From the NCBI GenBank assembly GCA_000146465.1, contig CP001951.1: a stretch of DNA of 64,000 nucleotides. One strand, 5' to 3'. Position 1 is the first letter of the stretch. Every line of letters starts with the position of its first letter. A program made the position numbers and the translations under genes. Under the pieces are notes generated by a model. That model was not told where the DNA came from and made no database searches. It saw only the letters and a list, made by a program, of their open reading frames with translations. Positions 1 through 9,540 of the stretch are shown here, in pieces.

Positions 1-1
1 A

Positions 2-358
2 GAGAATATAAGGGATCTGGTTAGACTGTACAAAGAACAAGTTTCGATTAACAACAAGAGGAAGGACCTTCTTCGCAAGAAGTTAAAAGAGAGATTGGCC
101 TACTATGGATACTGGATGGTACTGAGGGCCATTGACTCGGAAATTGAGGATTTGGTTTCCCGAGAGAAGGGAAGAAAGAAGGGAATTGAGGAGGAAAGAG
201 CTCGGGAGGTTCTAGAAAAACGTTCCGAATTCATGGAATTATTCAAGGATTTCTCGGTACTTGAGGAGGACTATAGAAACTATGAGGATCTATTTGATCC
301 CAAGGAGAATGTGGATGCAAGTAGGCATGGAGTGTTTCCATACGACTACTTTTCATAA
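2..358 (+). CDS. hypothetical protein, 5' end outside window (charged, helical C-terminal fragment)
   Basis: Track ORF 95..358 stays open in the same frame back to position 2. No stop is seen upstream, so the gene starts before the window. Confidence 0.35.
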   Translation, partial: ENIRDLVRLYKEQVSINNKRKDLLRKKLKERLAYYGYWMVLRAIDSEIEDLVSREKGRKKGIEEERAREVLEKRSEFMELFKDFSVLEEDYRNYEDLFDPKENVDASRHGVFPYDYFS

Positions 359-408
359 AGAGGGAAGGCTATTAGGAAGGAAAAGATAATGGGCCGGGAG
401 CCCCTGGA

Positions 409-1041
409 ATGAGTCTTGAGGAAAAGCTAATGAAAAGGCTAGAGGGAGGGATGTTTCGGATACTGAACGACAAGATGTACCATGGAAAGGGCTTAAAGAA
501 GAGGGACTTGAAGCTATATCATGAGCTGTATGATCAGCAGGTTAAGCGATGGCCAGTTAATCCTCTTGATGTTATTATTGAGAAGATAAAGAAGAAAGGA
601 AATGGCATGGCGATAGCAGACATAGGATGTGGAGATGCTCGGATTTCCAGGGAGTTTGAAAATGTAATGTCCTTGGATCTGAATCCTTCTCGAAAGGATA
701 TAATCCGCTGCGATATGAGACAAAGGATCCCTTTAGATGACAAGAGTGTGGACATTGCAGTTTGCTGTTTAAGTATGATGGCTGAGAACATTTCGGTTCC
801 TATGAAGGAGGTAAACCGGATACTAAGGGAGTCGGGGTACTGGTATATAGCAGAAGTCAAGAGCAGGATACCTAATATAAAGCATCTGGAGAAGAAGTTT
901 GAGAGCTTTGGGTTTGAAGTTGAGCATACCGACATGTCAAATGCACAGTTTATTCTTTTCGTTTTGAAAAAGAATCTAGATAAGAATCCGAAGAAACTTC
1001 CACCGGTCAGATTGATTCCATGGGTTTACAAGAAGAGATGA
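409..1041 (+). CDS. RRP8: rRNA-processing protein 8 (Rrp8 / Methyltransf_8 family nucleolar methyltransferase)
   Basis: ATG at 409. Family signatures QQVKRWPVNPLDVIIEKI and SAM motif IADIGCGDA. CCC motif (ccccuggaATG) upstream. Confidence 0.75.
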   Translation: MSLEEKLMKRLEGGMFRILNDKMYHGKGLKKRDLKLYHELYDQQVKRWPVNPLDVIIEKIKKKGNGMAIADIGCGDARISREFENVMSLDLNPSRKDIIRCDMRQRIPLDDKSVDIAVCCLSMMAENISVPMKEVNRILRESGYWYIAEVKSRIPNIKHLEKKFESFGFEVEHTDMSNAQFILFVLKKNLDKNPKKLPPVRLIPWVYKKR

Positions 1042-1078
1042 AGGTGGAAAGAGGAAACTTGATGTTTACTACCTTTGG

Positions 1079-1495
1079 CTACTTGGCGGAAACTCCGAAG
1101 AAGAAGACAAAAGCTGTTGAATACACCGAGTAGTATATGAAGAACAGGATTGATACAACGATGTCTGGCGTGGTCATAGTGAAGCACTCTCTGCAGTTCT
1201 TGTATCCCATCCTCATTACAAACACATTATTCATGATGATGAAGAATGCCAGGAGGTTCATTATCTTTGCAATAACATGGAGAGCTTAAATTAAAGATAG
1301 CACTTACCATTTATGATTCTAAAATACAGCTTTCCTTTCTTTGCCATTGGTTTTACAAGAGACAGAGCTGTGGAATATGTTATTATAACTATGAGAACCT
1401 GGCTTCCGTAGAAATATCTTGGTGCTAGGGATGCAGTGAGGATCAGTCCGAGGAGCGATGAAATCTTTGAATTAGTAGGGCAAGGCACTTACCAT
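1079..1495 (-). CDS. small four-TM membrane protein, three exons: complement(join(1493..1495,1308..1464,1079..1284)), 121 aa
   Basis: ATG 1495..1493 is followed directly by GTAAGTG (intron 1465..1492). Exon 2 ends AAATG|GTAAGTG (intron 1285..1307). Splicing joins track ORFs 1291..1488 and 1079..1261 in frame (..RIIN-A-LHVIAKIMNLLAFF..). Confidence 0.6.
1285..1307 (-). other. spliceosomal micro-intron 2 (23 nt): GTAAGTGCTATCTTTAATTTAAG
   Basis: Same GTAAGTG / TAATTT / AAG architecture. Removal fuses exon 2 to the downstream ORF in frame. Confidence 0.55.
1465..1492 (-). other. spliceosomal micro-intron 1 (28 nt) of membrane-protein gene: GTAAGTGCCTTGCCCTACTAATTCAAAG
   Basis: 5' GTAAGTG directly after ATG; CTAAT branch-like motif 6 nt before the 3' AAG; removal keeps frame. 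Confidence 0.6.
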
Positions 1496-1668
1496 TTCCA
1501 TCTTGTCTTTGAACATCATTGTGGTCTGGGGTTGGGTGTTTAGATGGTTTGTTGATGCCAAGAAGGGAGGCCATGGTAGCTTGATGGGCTAGAGACAGCA
1601 AGGGTTCCCTTGGACACATTGGGAATGGATGGCTAGAACGGAGAAGTAAAAAATATTTCGGGATCCCT

Positions 1669-3303
1669 ATGACTCGGAGATTCACCATGACGCCGAACTC
1701 CAGGAATTCTATTAAGACACCTATTTCAGGGGCGAAGGTTGCTCTATTTCCAAGACACTCTGTAGCGGCTGAGGAGATCAAGAGGAGGGATATGAGGCTG
1801 GTGAGAGAGAAAGGATACAAGCAGCAGTGTGTTGACACTATTTTAGGGTTTTTGATGGAAAATGGATACGATGGACAGATATCACAGAAGATCATGCATA
1901 ACCCGTCTTCGAAGGACTTCCAAAGTATCTTCAAGTTCCTGTATGGATTTGTGGACGACTTTGTGTTCTCCTCAAGGTTTGAGGACGAAGTTGTGAATGT
2001 GATGAAGAATTTGAGGTATCCATATTGCGGGGAGATTACGAAAAGCCAGCTGAGTGCAATAACACCCCACACATGGCCTGTAATTCTAAGCATGTGCAGC
2101 TGGCTAGTGGAGCTGATAAGGCATGGAGCAACTCTTCTCGAGCAGGAGGAAGAGAAGAGTGTTGAGAGCTGTTTCTTTGAGTATGTGTGTGATGGGTATA
2201 TGAGATTTATGGAAGGAGATGAGGATGATGCGGCTCTTGAGGAGGAATTTGAGAGGAAGGTCACAGAGATATACACGGGGATATTTAAGGAGATCGATCG
2301 AAAGAAGGAGGAACTTTCCCGGATTGAGGAGATGATAGGGAAGTCTCGAAGGATGTCTGAAAGCCTTGGAGAGCTGGAGAGAAAGAAGAGAGAGTTGACA
2401 GATGATCTGAACATGCTGATAGCTTCTGAGAAACAGCTTGAGGGGAAGAAGAAGAAGTATCTAGGGGCTATTGAGCGTCTTTGCGAAGATATTGCAAGGG
2501 TTGAGGAGGAGATTGAAAGCCAAAGGGTACAAGAGGAAGGATTGAGGGTTCAAATAACGAAACAGAAGATCAATCCTGAAGACGTAAGGGAGATGAATAC
2601 CGAGAAGATGGAGTTATTTAAGGAGCTAGAAAGAATGAAGCCGGAGAAGGAGGGGCTTATGAGAGAGGTAGGAGAACAAGAAAGAGAAGCACAGGAAAAG
2701 GTTGAAGAGGTTGAGAAGTTGTTTTTTGATCTGAAGGGTCTTCGAGATGAGATTTCATTGAGGATAGTGAAGGACACAAAGGGAGGGGTCCAAGTAGTGA
2801 ATGAGGTAAGCAACGAGGTGTTTGACAACGGAATAGCTTCGGTGATTGTACGTCTTGAAGAGGAGCTAAATGGAAGAAGTGATGTTCTTGTGGCAGGGGA
2901 GATGAACAAAGGTATGCTTGAGGAAGCAAGGGCAGAGAAGGAAGGAATGTCTAGCGAACTAAGCAACAGACTCAAATATTGCAGTGATAAGCTTTTGATG
3001 GCAGGAAAGTTGTATCTGGAGAAGAAGGAGATATCTGAGAACGAGCAAAGGAAGAGCAAGACCGAAATGGAGCTGCTGGAGAACGAACTTCTGAAGCTCA
3101 ATCTGGAGTCCAACACGTCTCTGCTGATGAGTGAGCAGAAGCTACAAAAAGCCAAGATACTTCTTGACAGAACACTCAACACCATAAACTATGAGAGAGA
3201 GGAGATTAGCAAGATGGTGTTTAACTTCTACAACACAGTTGTTGATGTTCATACATTGATCCAGTCACAGGTTGGAGACCTGAGGACCTTACTGAACAGG
3301 TGA
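1669..3303 (+). CDS. NDC80: kinetochore protein NDC80/HEC1
   Basis: N-terminal calponin-homology domain (KDFQSIFKFLYGFVDDFVF, HTWPVILSMCSWLVEL) followed by a long coiled coil. GGGATCCCT sits immediately before the ATG. Confidence 0.75.
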   Translation: MTRRFTMTPNSRNSIKTPISGAKVALFPRHSVAAEEIKRRDMRLVREKGYKQQCVDTILGFLMENGYDGQISQKIMHNPSSKDFQSIFKFLYGFVDDFVFSSRFEDEVVNVMKNLRYPYCGEITKSQLSAITPHTWPVILSMCSWLVELIRHGATLLEQEEEKSVESCFFEYVCDGYMRFMEGDEDDAALEEEFERKVTEIYTGIFKEIDRKKEELSRIEEMIGKSRRMSESLGELERKKRELTDDLNMLIASEKQLEGKKKKYLGAIERLCEDIARVEEEIESQRVQEEGLRVQITKQKINPEDVREMNTEKMELFKELERMKPEKEGLMREVGEQEREAQEKVEEVEKLFFDLKGLRDEISLRIVKDTKGGVQVVNEVSNEVFDNGIASVIVRLEEELNGRSDVLVAGEMNKGMLEEARAEKEGMSSELSNRLKYCSDKLLMAGKLYLEKKEISENEQRKSKTEMELLENELLKLNLESNTSLLMSEQKLQKAKILLDRTLNTINYEREEISKMVFNFYNTVVDVHTLIQSQVGDLRTLLNR

Positions 3304-3396
3304 GAAGGCTGGGACTAATAAAGTTGTGTTTCTTGTTACAAAGATAAGAGCGAGGAGGAGTTTTATTCTGGAATTTTTTGCCCTTTCAAAGGAGGC

Positions 3397-4251
3397 ATGA
3401 AGAAGACCAATAAAAAGCCCAACGGAGGGAAATTCCGGAAGGAAAGTAGAATGGCTCGGCCTGACAAAAGAGGGGGGAGAGAAAGGATGAATAACAAGAA
3501 GAAGGGGAGTGTACGGGCCGGGCTTGATAAAAAGGTCTTAGTTGAGCCGCATAGGAGGTTTCCAGGGGTTTATGTTAGTCGGGGGAAGGAGGATCTTTTG
3601 CTTACAAAAAGCTTGGCACCAGGGATTAGCGTGTATGGAGAAAGGAGGATTACTGTTGATGTTGAGCAAGAAAGAATCGAGTATCGGGTCTGGAATGTTT
3701 ATCGAAGCAAGCTTGCAGCAGGAATTGTTTGTGGGGTTGAGAACATCCACATGGGCCCGGGAAGCAAAGTGTTGTATCTAGGGGCTTCATCCGGTACAAC
3801 GGTTTCCCATGTCTCGGACATTGTTGGGAAGGACGGAGTGGTGTATGCCGTGGAGTTCAGTGAAAGATCTGGAAGAGATTTGATCAACATGTCTATGAAG
3901 CGTCCCAACATCGTTCCGATAATAGAGGATGCAAGACATCCATCGAGATACAGAATGCTTGTGCCGATGGTTGACTGCATCTTTTCGGATGTTTCACAGC
4001 CCGACCAGACAAGAATTGTTGCCTTGAATGCCCAGTACTTCCTAAAGGAAGGAGGAGGAGTTGATGTGTCGATCAAGGCCAACTGTGTCAACTCGTCAGT
4101 CCCTGCAGAAACAGTCTTTGCAGAAGAGGTGAACATCCTGAGGAAGCACAACATCAAGCCAAAGGAGCAAGTGACTCTCGAGCCGTTTGAAAAGGACCAT
4201 GCAATGATAGTCGGGAAGTTTAGGCTGTCCAAGTCTGGAGAAAAGAAATAG
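3397..4251 (+). CDS. NOP1: fibrillarin (rRNA 2'-O-methyltransferase Nop1)
   Basis: Basic Arg/Lys-rich N-terminus followed by a fibrillarin methyltransferase core ([28 protein letters not shown]). Confidence 0.9.
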   Translation: MKKTNKKPNGGKFRKESRMARPDKRGGRERMNNKKKGSVRAGLDKKVLVEPHRRFPGVYVSRGKEDLLLTKSLAPGISVYGERRITVDVEQERIEYRVWNVYRSKLAAGIVCGVENIHMGPGSKVLYLGASSGTTVSHVSDIVGKDGVVYAVEFSERSGRDLINMSMKRPNIVPIIEDARHPSRYRMLVPMVDCIFSDVSQPDQTRIVALNAQYFLKEGGGVDVSIKANCVNSSVPAETVFAEEVNILRKHNIKPKEQVTLEPFEKDHAMIVGKFRLSKSGEKK

Positions 4252-4345
4252 TTCCCCCAGGGAAACTCAAAAGCCCTGAAGATGAAATCAGACCTTCATA
4301 TCCAAATCTTTATTTTGACCAAATAAACGACCTAAAAGTATTATT

Positions 4346-5053
4346 TCACCATTTCATGGCAGTCTTCTTAGTTTTCTTGTCCGCCTTCTTTTCTACTCCA
4401 CAGGATTCCTCTTCAAGAATTCCATCGCTTTCTTCCAACTCGGCAACATATCTCTTCTTTCGATTCTGTTTCTTTTCTCTTTCTACTGCAGCCTTGTTTG
4501 CCAAATGGAATCTGTCCTTGAGCTCTGTCCCATAGATTCCACTCTCAAGCCTGAGCATGAGCTCGTCTCCTATGTTCTTCTCGAAGTTGATTTTGTTTAA
4601 AGTTTTGAGTGCTCGGAGCTTTTCTCTTCTATTCATCTTCTTTCTTCTCACCATATACTTTGTCTTCCCGTGCTCCTTGAAGCGCTCCAACCTTCGGAGA
4701 TACTGCGTGAGTTTCGAAAGCTTCTGCTTACATTTGTGGATAATCTTTTCATCCCAGAACTCAAGATTCTCTTCTATCTGCCTGAGAGCTTCTTCGTAGT
4801 TTGAAGACAGCTTGATCTCTTCGTAGACATCTCTAGGAACATGCACCCGCTCAGGCTCCTTGATAAACAGGAAAAGCTCTTCGCCCATTTCCCGGACTGT
4901 TGCATACTTCGAGTTGGCTAGTGGGCATGAAAATCTGTCGCACAACCCAGTTACATTGTTCTTGTTCCTGCACAGAGCGTTCTCTTCTGTCTTCATCTTG
5001 AACGAGCAATAGCCTTCTCCACCTATGTTCCTCCATATGCTCTCGTCGGACAT
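4346..5053 (-). CDS. MAK16: ribosome biogenesis protein MAK16
   Basis: N-terminal Mak16 signature CSFKMKTEENALCRNKNNVTGLCDRFSCPLANSKYATVRE; basic/acidic C-terminal tail. Confidence 0.85.
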   Translation of the reverse strand: MSDESIWRNIGGEGYCSFKMKTEENALCRNKNNVTGLCDRFSCPLANSKYATVREMGEELFLFIKEPERVHVPRDVYEEIKLSSNYEEALRQIEENLEFWDEKIIHKCKQKLSKLTQYLRRLERFKEHGKTKYMVRRKKMNRREKLRALKTLNKINFEKNIGDELMLRLESGIYGTELKDRFHLANKAAVEREKKQNRKKRYVAELEESDGILEEESCGVEKKADKKTKKTAMKW

Positions 5054-5114
5054 CTATCGTGGGTACTGGGTCATACAAATATTAACCGAATATAGACTCA
5101 AACATCCCATGCTG

Positions 5115-5849
5115 CTAAAGGGATGAAGAGAAGGGGTGGCTTCTCAAGTGCTTGAATAAAAACCCATCTGGAAATATCTCTGCTACACTAGTGATTCCAA
5201 ACTTCTCTAAGAGGTCGGCTAGCTTACTTCGGACTAAAAGATGTCCCTTGTGAAGTCTTCCCTTTATGTGCCTGTCTATCTTCACTTTTGTATCACTTAA
5301 AACTATGCCTGCTCCGCACACAGTGCATCTCCCCATCCCTTCTCCGTTGTTCTTTGCATAATATGCTTCCTTGATTCTTTCCAGCTCCCATTTTACCTTC
5401 TCGCATTCATCAAAGGCGTGGCACGCTTCCTCCACTTTTCCTTCCATCCCAAGCTGCTCGATACTTTCATAAAGCTTCTTGAACAACTCCTCCTTTTCTT
5501 TTATTCTCTCAAGCAGAGGAAGATCTGAAGTATCAGAAGCAGTGCATTTCTTGGCAACATTTCGAACATCCAAAACAATCTCAACAAGTAAACGAAGGAG
5601 CTCCCATTCATACTCTTCAGCCCTCTTTCTTCCATTTTTGTTGTATTCAGCCCGGTAATATTCCTCATGGTTACCATATCTGCACTTTCCAATGCTTCTT
5701 CTCGTGTTGCGGAACAACTCAAATGGGCAGAACGAAGCAAGCATGTATATGCAGGTGTCTCTCCTCTCCGAAGATAGCTTGTCAGGGTTGTAGATGTCTC
5801 TTTCCCGCCCAAGAAGCATGTCAAGAACTTCCCTTGCTCGATCTGTCAT
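5115..5849 (-). CDS. LUC7: U1 snRNP protein LUC7-like
   Basis: LUC7 architecture: LDMLLGRERD start, C/H zinc-finger-like motifs (CPFELF..CRYG..H; CTVCGA..HIKGRLH), coiled-coil middle. Confidence 0.7.
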   Translation of the reverse strand: MTDRAREVLDMLLGRERDIYNPDKLSSERRDTCIYMLASFCPFELFRNTRRSIGKCRYGNHEEYYRAEYNKNGRKRAEEYEWELLRLLVEIVLDVRNVAKKCTASDTSDLPLLERIKEKEELFKKLYESIEQLGMEGKVEEACHAFDECEKVKWELERIKEAYYAKNNGEGMGRCTVCGAGIVLSDTKVKIDRHIKGRLHKGHLLVRSKLADLLEKFGITSVAEIFPDGFLFKHLRSHPFSSSL

Positions 5850-5994
5850 TCTAATGGGGGACGATACTTGAACATAGGTAAAGCGATGATGTCTTTCTCA
5901 GAGAGAAACAAGCTTTGTTGCTATTCTCCGTTTCCCGGAAGCCGTCATCCTTATCTAAAAACAATCGCATAGAACTTCTGGAGGCCCTTTTAGC

Positions 5995-7089
5995 CTAACC
6001 TGGTAATGATACAGAGGATCTCCCCCCAATCATAATAAACTCGCCACTCTTCAACTTTATGGAGCAGAAGCTCAAGGTCTTCTTCAGAAAAGAAACATAA
6101 TCATGTGGAAGTCTGGACGAGGTAAGGTCCAAATATCTTAGAGAACCTTTGAAGTGCATGATGACCTCATAGAAAGAAGCCCCATCAAAAGTACATCCAA
6201 CAAACCCAAGCCCAACCAAATTTGGGTATCTCAAATATACCGTCTTGAACATCCTACTGTCGATCTCCGCCTCTGTCACATGAAGCAGCCTCAAATTAGG
6301 AAGACTTTCCCTCATACACTTCAAGTCTCTTCCTCCAACATACATTATCTCTGCCATCTCGAGACCAAGGTTGGTAAGGCACTTCAGAAAGCCCATGCAT
6401 CGTACAGCGTTCACAAAAGAACACAGTCTTACATCCAAACAGACCCCTTCATCAATAATCTTAAACCATACCAACTCCCTTGAGATACACAGGTCAACGA
6501 AGGATTGAAAGTCAATTCCCATGTTGACAAGCTCTATCTTCTTCAATTTTGGCATCTCTTGGAGCTTTTTCATAAGGCCTTCTCTCCACTCATGGCATCC
6601 TAAGACATCAACATTCACTAGTGACACACTTACTAGTGACCCTACACCAAGAATATTCATAAGATCCTCATACGCCACAGTAGTGTCCCTCATAACTATT
6701 TCCTGCAGCACAGTGTCTATGTTGCTCCTCATCTTTACATTTGCAACTTTTAGAATGCTCAGCTTTCTAATGCATGTATTGTTGATCGAAGCCAAATCAA
6801 AAGAACACGAATCACAGACCCTCAGGACCCGAAGGTTGATAAAGGGGTGGAGGTCGACGTCAAATGCAGGCCTTGCCTCATAATACACCTTCCTCTCATA
6901 TGGTTTCCTCCACGGCGAAAGAATGGGTACTTCCCTTGGAGGCACAGATTTGCACAGAGCCTTTAGACGTCTATCGTATTTTCCAATCAGATATACCAAG
7001 TCCCTGGGAATCTGGAACTCAGGCTTGCATGTCTCTCTTGGAATCAAGCGCTTCTTGTTCCCGATCTTAAGATCAGCTATTCTTCTCAT
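5995..7089 (-). CDS. leucine-rich-repeat protein (F-box/LRR- or RNI-like), hypothetical
   Basis: Repeated L.xL..L.V.xC motifs along 364 aa; true ATG at 7089. Confidence 0.35.
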   Translation of the reverse strand: MRRIADLKIGNKKRLIPRETCKPEFQIPRDLVYLIGKYDRRLKALCKSVPPREVPILSPWRKPYERKVYYEARPAFDVDLHPFINLRVLRVCDSCSFDLASINNTCIRKLSILKVANVKMRSNIDTVLQEIVMRDTTVAYEDLMNILGVGSLVSVSLVNVDVLGCHEWREGLMKKLQEMPKLKKIELVNMGIDFQSFVDLCISRELVWFKIIDEGVCLDVRLCSFVNAVRCMGFLKCLTNLGLEMAEIMYVGGRDLKCMRESLPNLRLLHVTEAEIDSRMFKTVYLRYPNLVGLGFVGCTFDGASFYEVIMHFKGSLRYLDLTSSRLPHDYVSFLKKTLSFCSIKLKSGEFIMIGGRSSVSLPG

Positions 7090-7148
7090 ACCTCAAGGGA
7101 TCTCCTCATCGGCATATTTCAGCATTCTTGCTTCTCCCCTGAAGCAGA

Positions 7149-7499
7149 ATGAGTCTAAAAGAGTCTGGAGTAATGGTTATGACAATAGGAGTGACTGTAT
7201 TCCTTGCTGGTGCCATTCTTCTGATGGACAGGGCGCTCATGATATCCGGGAATCTCCTGATAATCATAGGAATTGCTCTTCTTGCCCGGTCCAGGATGTT
7301 CTCCTTTCTGCGCCCAGAGAAAATGCAAGCCATGGTGATTTTTGGAATGGGAATTCTGTTTCAGGTTTACAAGCTCCTTGTCTTTGGCTTTTTTCTGGAG
7401 GTCTTGGGCCTGTTCCTTCTTCTGAAAGACAGCATCCCCACATTCAGGACTGTGCTAACAACCTTACTCTTTGGAAAGTTGCAGAAACTTATAAAGTAA
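7149..7499 (+). CDS. GOT1: Golgi transport protein GOT1-like, 4 TM
   Basis: 116 aa with four hydrophobic helices. MDRALMISGNLLIIIGIAL and EVLGLFLLLKDSIP match GOT1 motifs. Confidence 0.6.
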   Translation: MSLKESGVMVMTIGVTVFLAGAILLMDRALMISGNLLIIIGIALLARSRMFSFLRPEKMQAMVIFGMGILFQVYKLLVFGFFLEVLGLFLLLKDSIPTFRTVLTTLLFGKLQKLIK

Positions 7500-7578
7500 A
7501 GATCTCGATTAAACACCAACGAATTTATTTCATTTACGAGGAAGACCAGAGCCCATCTCTGTGTTTCTTTTTGGATTC

Positions 7579-9366
7579 CTACTCCAATGAAGAACTGCTC
7601 TGAAGTTCTCCCCTTAAGATTTTCAGCCCATATGTATTGAGCATTCTTATAGCATCTACTTCCTCACGGTTGCATCGGTCTGCATCCCATCTATGCTTCC
7701 TCTTGAATATCTCAAGAACTTTCCCAAGACACCGATAGGCCTCCTTTACATCTATAAGCCCAATCATCAGCCTGTTGCAGAGCACATCGCATATCCTGAC
7801 AGCCATCTCGTTGTCTATGCAGTACTCCACTTCTTCGACAAGGTAGGTGTATTTCTCTGATAGGTGATCTTTCTTCTTCCCCCTTCTTCTATACTTTGCA
7901 AGCTTCAAAGCCATTGTTCCGTAGAATCTCGTAAGCCTCTCTGCAGTATCCTTTCCCACCCCTAGTTTCCTTTGGATCGAGACATATGTGTCTTCGGAAT
8001 ACCCATCACTCCCAAGTATCTGAACATATTTCGTCACACAAGGGCCCTTTGGCTTCAATGAAAACTCTCGGATTGCCAAGTCTATGGCATCTTCTGCTAT
8101 TTTTCTATATATCGTCCACTTCCCTCCTGTGACCGTTAGAAGTCCATTCTTCTCAATCTTGACAAAATGCTTCCTAACAATAGAACTTGTTTCCGAAACC
8201 TCGTCATCTTTGACCAGCGGTCTTATTCCTGTCCAGATAGCAGAGACCTCGTCCTTGACCAGCTTTAGGCCCTGCGAAGTGTATGCCCTAACCTCATGCA
8301 TCAGAAACTTTAAATCCTCCTTTGTTGGAGATGGCGACAACTCATTCTTTGCCTTGATGTCCGTGGCCCCCACAAGAGTCTTCCCCATCCATGGCATGAA
8401 AAAGGCTATTCTGTTGTCTCCTGTAAGAGGGTCCAGAAACCCCATTTCCTTGGGTGCATATTCCTTTGGAATAACAATATGTGTTCCCGAACTCTGGGAT
8501 ATAATCTCTCCCGTGCTTGAATCGCTCTTCTTCCTTAGATCATCTGCAAAGCTGCCTGTGCTATTGATAACCCCAAGTCCCTTAATCTCCATTTCCGAGC
8601 CTGTAATCCCGTCTTTGCATCGAACTCCCGTAATCTTTCCACCCGAGCTTATCAAGGATTTCACAGACAGGTAGTTCGTTGCCACTGCTCCATGATAAAC
8701 TGCAGTCATCACTAGCATCACATTGTTTCGAACATCGTCTTGCTGCCCATCAAAATAAACCATTGCTCCACAAAGATTCTTCTTGTTGACATGAGGAAAT
8801 ACATCTATAGCCTCCTTCCTTCCAATAAAATAGCTTCCTCCCAATGATTTCAGCCCTGAGATCCAGTCATAGAGCTTCAGCCCAATGTAATAGTAAGGAA
8901 TAAGTATCCTGCTGTATACCGGAACCATTATCTTGATGCTATTTGTAAGATATGGCGATATTCTAAACATGGTACTTCTTTCTTCCAACGCTTGCCAAAC
9001 AAGCTTGTACTGAGACCAATCTAAGTTACTAACTGCACTTGCAAGATACCTTACTCCACCATGGACAAGCTTGGTCGATTTCGAACTAGTTCCTGACCCG
9101 AAGTCCCCTGCATCTACCAGAGCTACTTTCAGCCCCCTCGTTGCTCCGTCAAGGGCACATCCCGCCCCACTGCTCCCTGCACCAACTATGATCAGATCAA
9201 ACACCTCCGACCGAAGTCTCTCCATCATGGCCTCTCTTGTAGGCACCTCCCAGTTCTTGCAGGGCTTCCTGATGCATTTCAGCCTACCCATTACAAATAT
9301 CTTCTTGTAGAGATATCTGAAGGCCATAAGTACCGAAAGAAACAAAACCACCAGTGCAGCCAGCAT
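7579..9366 (-). CDS. GUT2: FAD-dependent glycerol-3-phosphate dehydrogenase (mitochondrial/mitosomal type)
   Basis: N-terminal TM helix, then FAD motif DLIIVGAGSSGAGCALDGATRGLKVALVDAGDFGSGTSSKSTKLVHGGVRYL. Confidence 0.85.
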   Translation of the reverse strand: MLAALVVLFLSVLMAFRYLYKKIFVMGRLKCIRKPCKNWEVPTREAMMERLRSEVFDLIIVGAGSSGAGCALDGATRGLKVALVDAGDFGSGTSSKSTKLVHGGVRYLASAVSNLDWSQYKLVWQALEERSTMFRISPYLTNSIKIMVPVYSRILIPYYYIGLKLYDWISGLKSLGGSYFIGRKEAIDVFPHVNKKNLCGAMVYFDGQQDDVRNNVMLVMTAVYHGAVATNYLSVKSLISSGGKITGVRCKDGITGSEMEIKGLGVINSTGSFADDLRKKSDSSTGEIISQSSGTHIVIPKEYAPKEMGFLDPLTGDNRIAFFMPWMGKTLVGATDIKAKNELSPSPTKEDLKFLMHEVRAYTSQGLKLVKDEVSAIWTGIRPLVKDDEVSETSSIVRKHFVKIEKNGLLTVTGGKWTIYRKIAEDAIDLAIREFSLKPKGPCVTKYVQILGSDGYSEDTYVSIQRKLGVGKDTAERLTRFYGTMALKLAKYRRRGKKKDHLSEKYTYLVEEVEYCIDNEMAVRICDVLCNRLMIGLIDVKEAYRCLGKVLEIFKRKHRWDADRCNREEVDAIRMLNTYGLKILRGELQSSSSLE

Positions 9367-9540
9367 CTATGGGCACGAACTCCTTCTTCTCTCTTATACT
9401 TCCGGACATCCAATTACTGGTTGACAGGTACAGAGACAAACAAGTATTTCAAGCCTCCTATGAAGAGGCCAATAAAACCGGGTTCGATTGGTCTTCTATC
9501 CCTCTACTGCAAATAAAAAAATTCCTAGAGGCCTTTGCAG

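Noticed and set aside
1443-2414. 323-aa serine/leucine-rich ORF on the minus strand, and similar ones at 2550..3185, 26594..27607 and 27677..28021
   Set aside because: They are antisense shadows of Glu/Lys/Arg-rich coding sequence (GAR-rich sense strand gives open S/L/F-rich antisense frames). Low complexity, no start context, fully overlapped by well-supported genes (NDC80; the acidic 26280..28085 gene).
5850-5994. Possible C/D box snoRNA on the minus strand (GGAUGACGG ... CUGA about 50 nt apart) in the Luc7 / LRR intergenic spacer
   Set aside because: The C box is imperfect (UGACG rather than UGAUGA). No complementary terminal stem flanks the boxes. No obvious rRNA guide could be assessed.
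6923-7603. 226-aa plus-strand ORF overlapping the LRR gene end and the GOT1-like gene
   Set aside because: Out of frame with and overlapping two better-supported genes. No ATG start context. Composition typical of an off-frame read.
9440-9500. tRNA B-box-like GGTTCGATTGG in the G3PDH / TBC divergent spacer
   Set aside because: No acceptor, D or anticodon arms can be folded around it. Most likely a chance match or ancient tRNA remnant.
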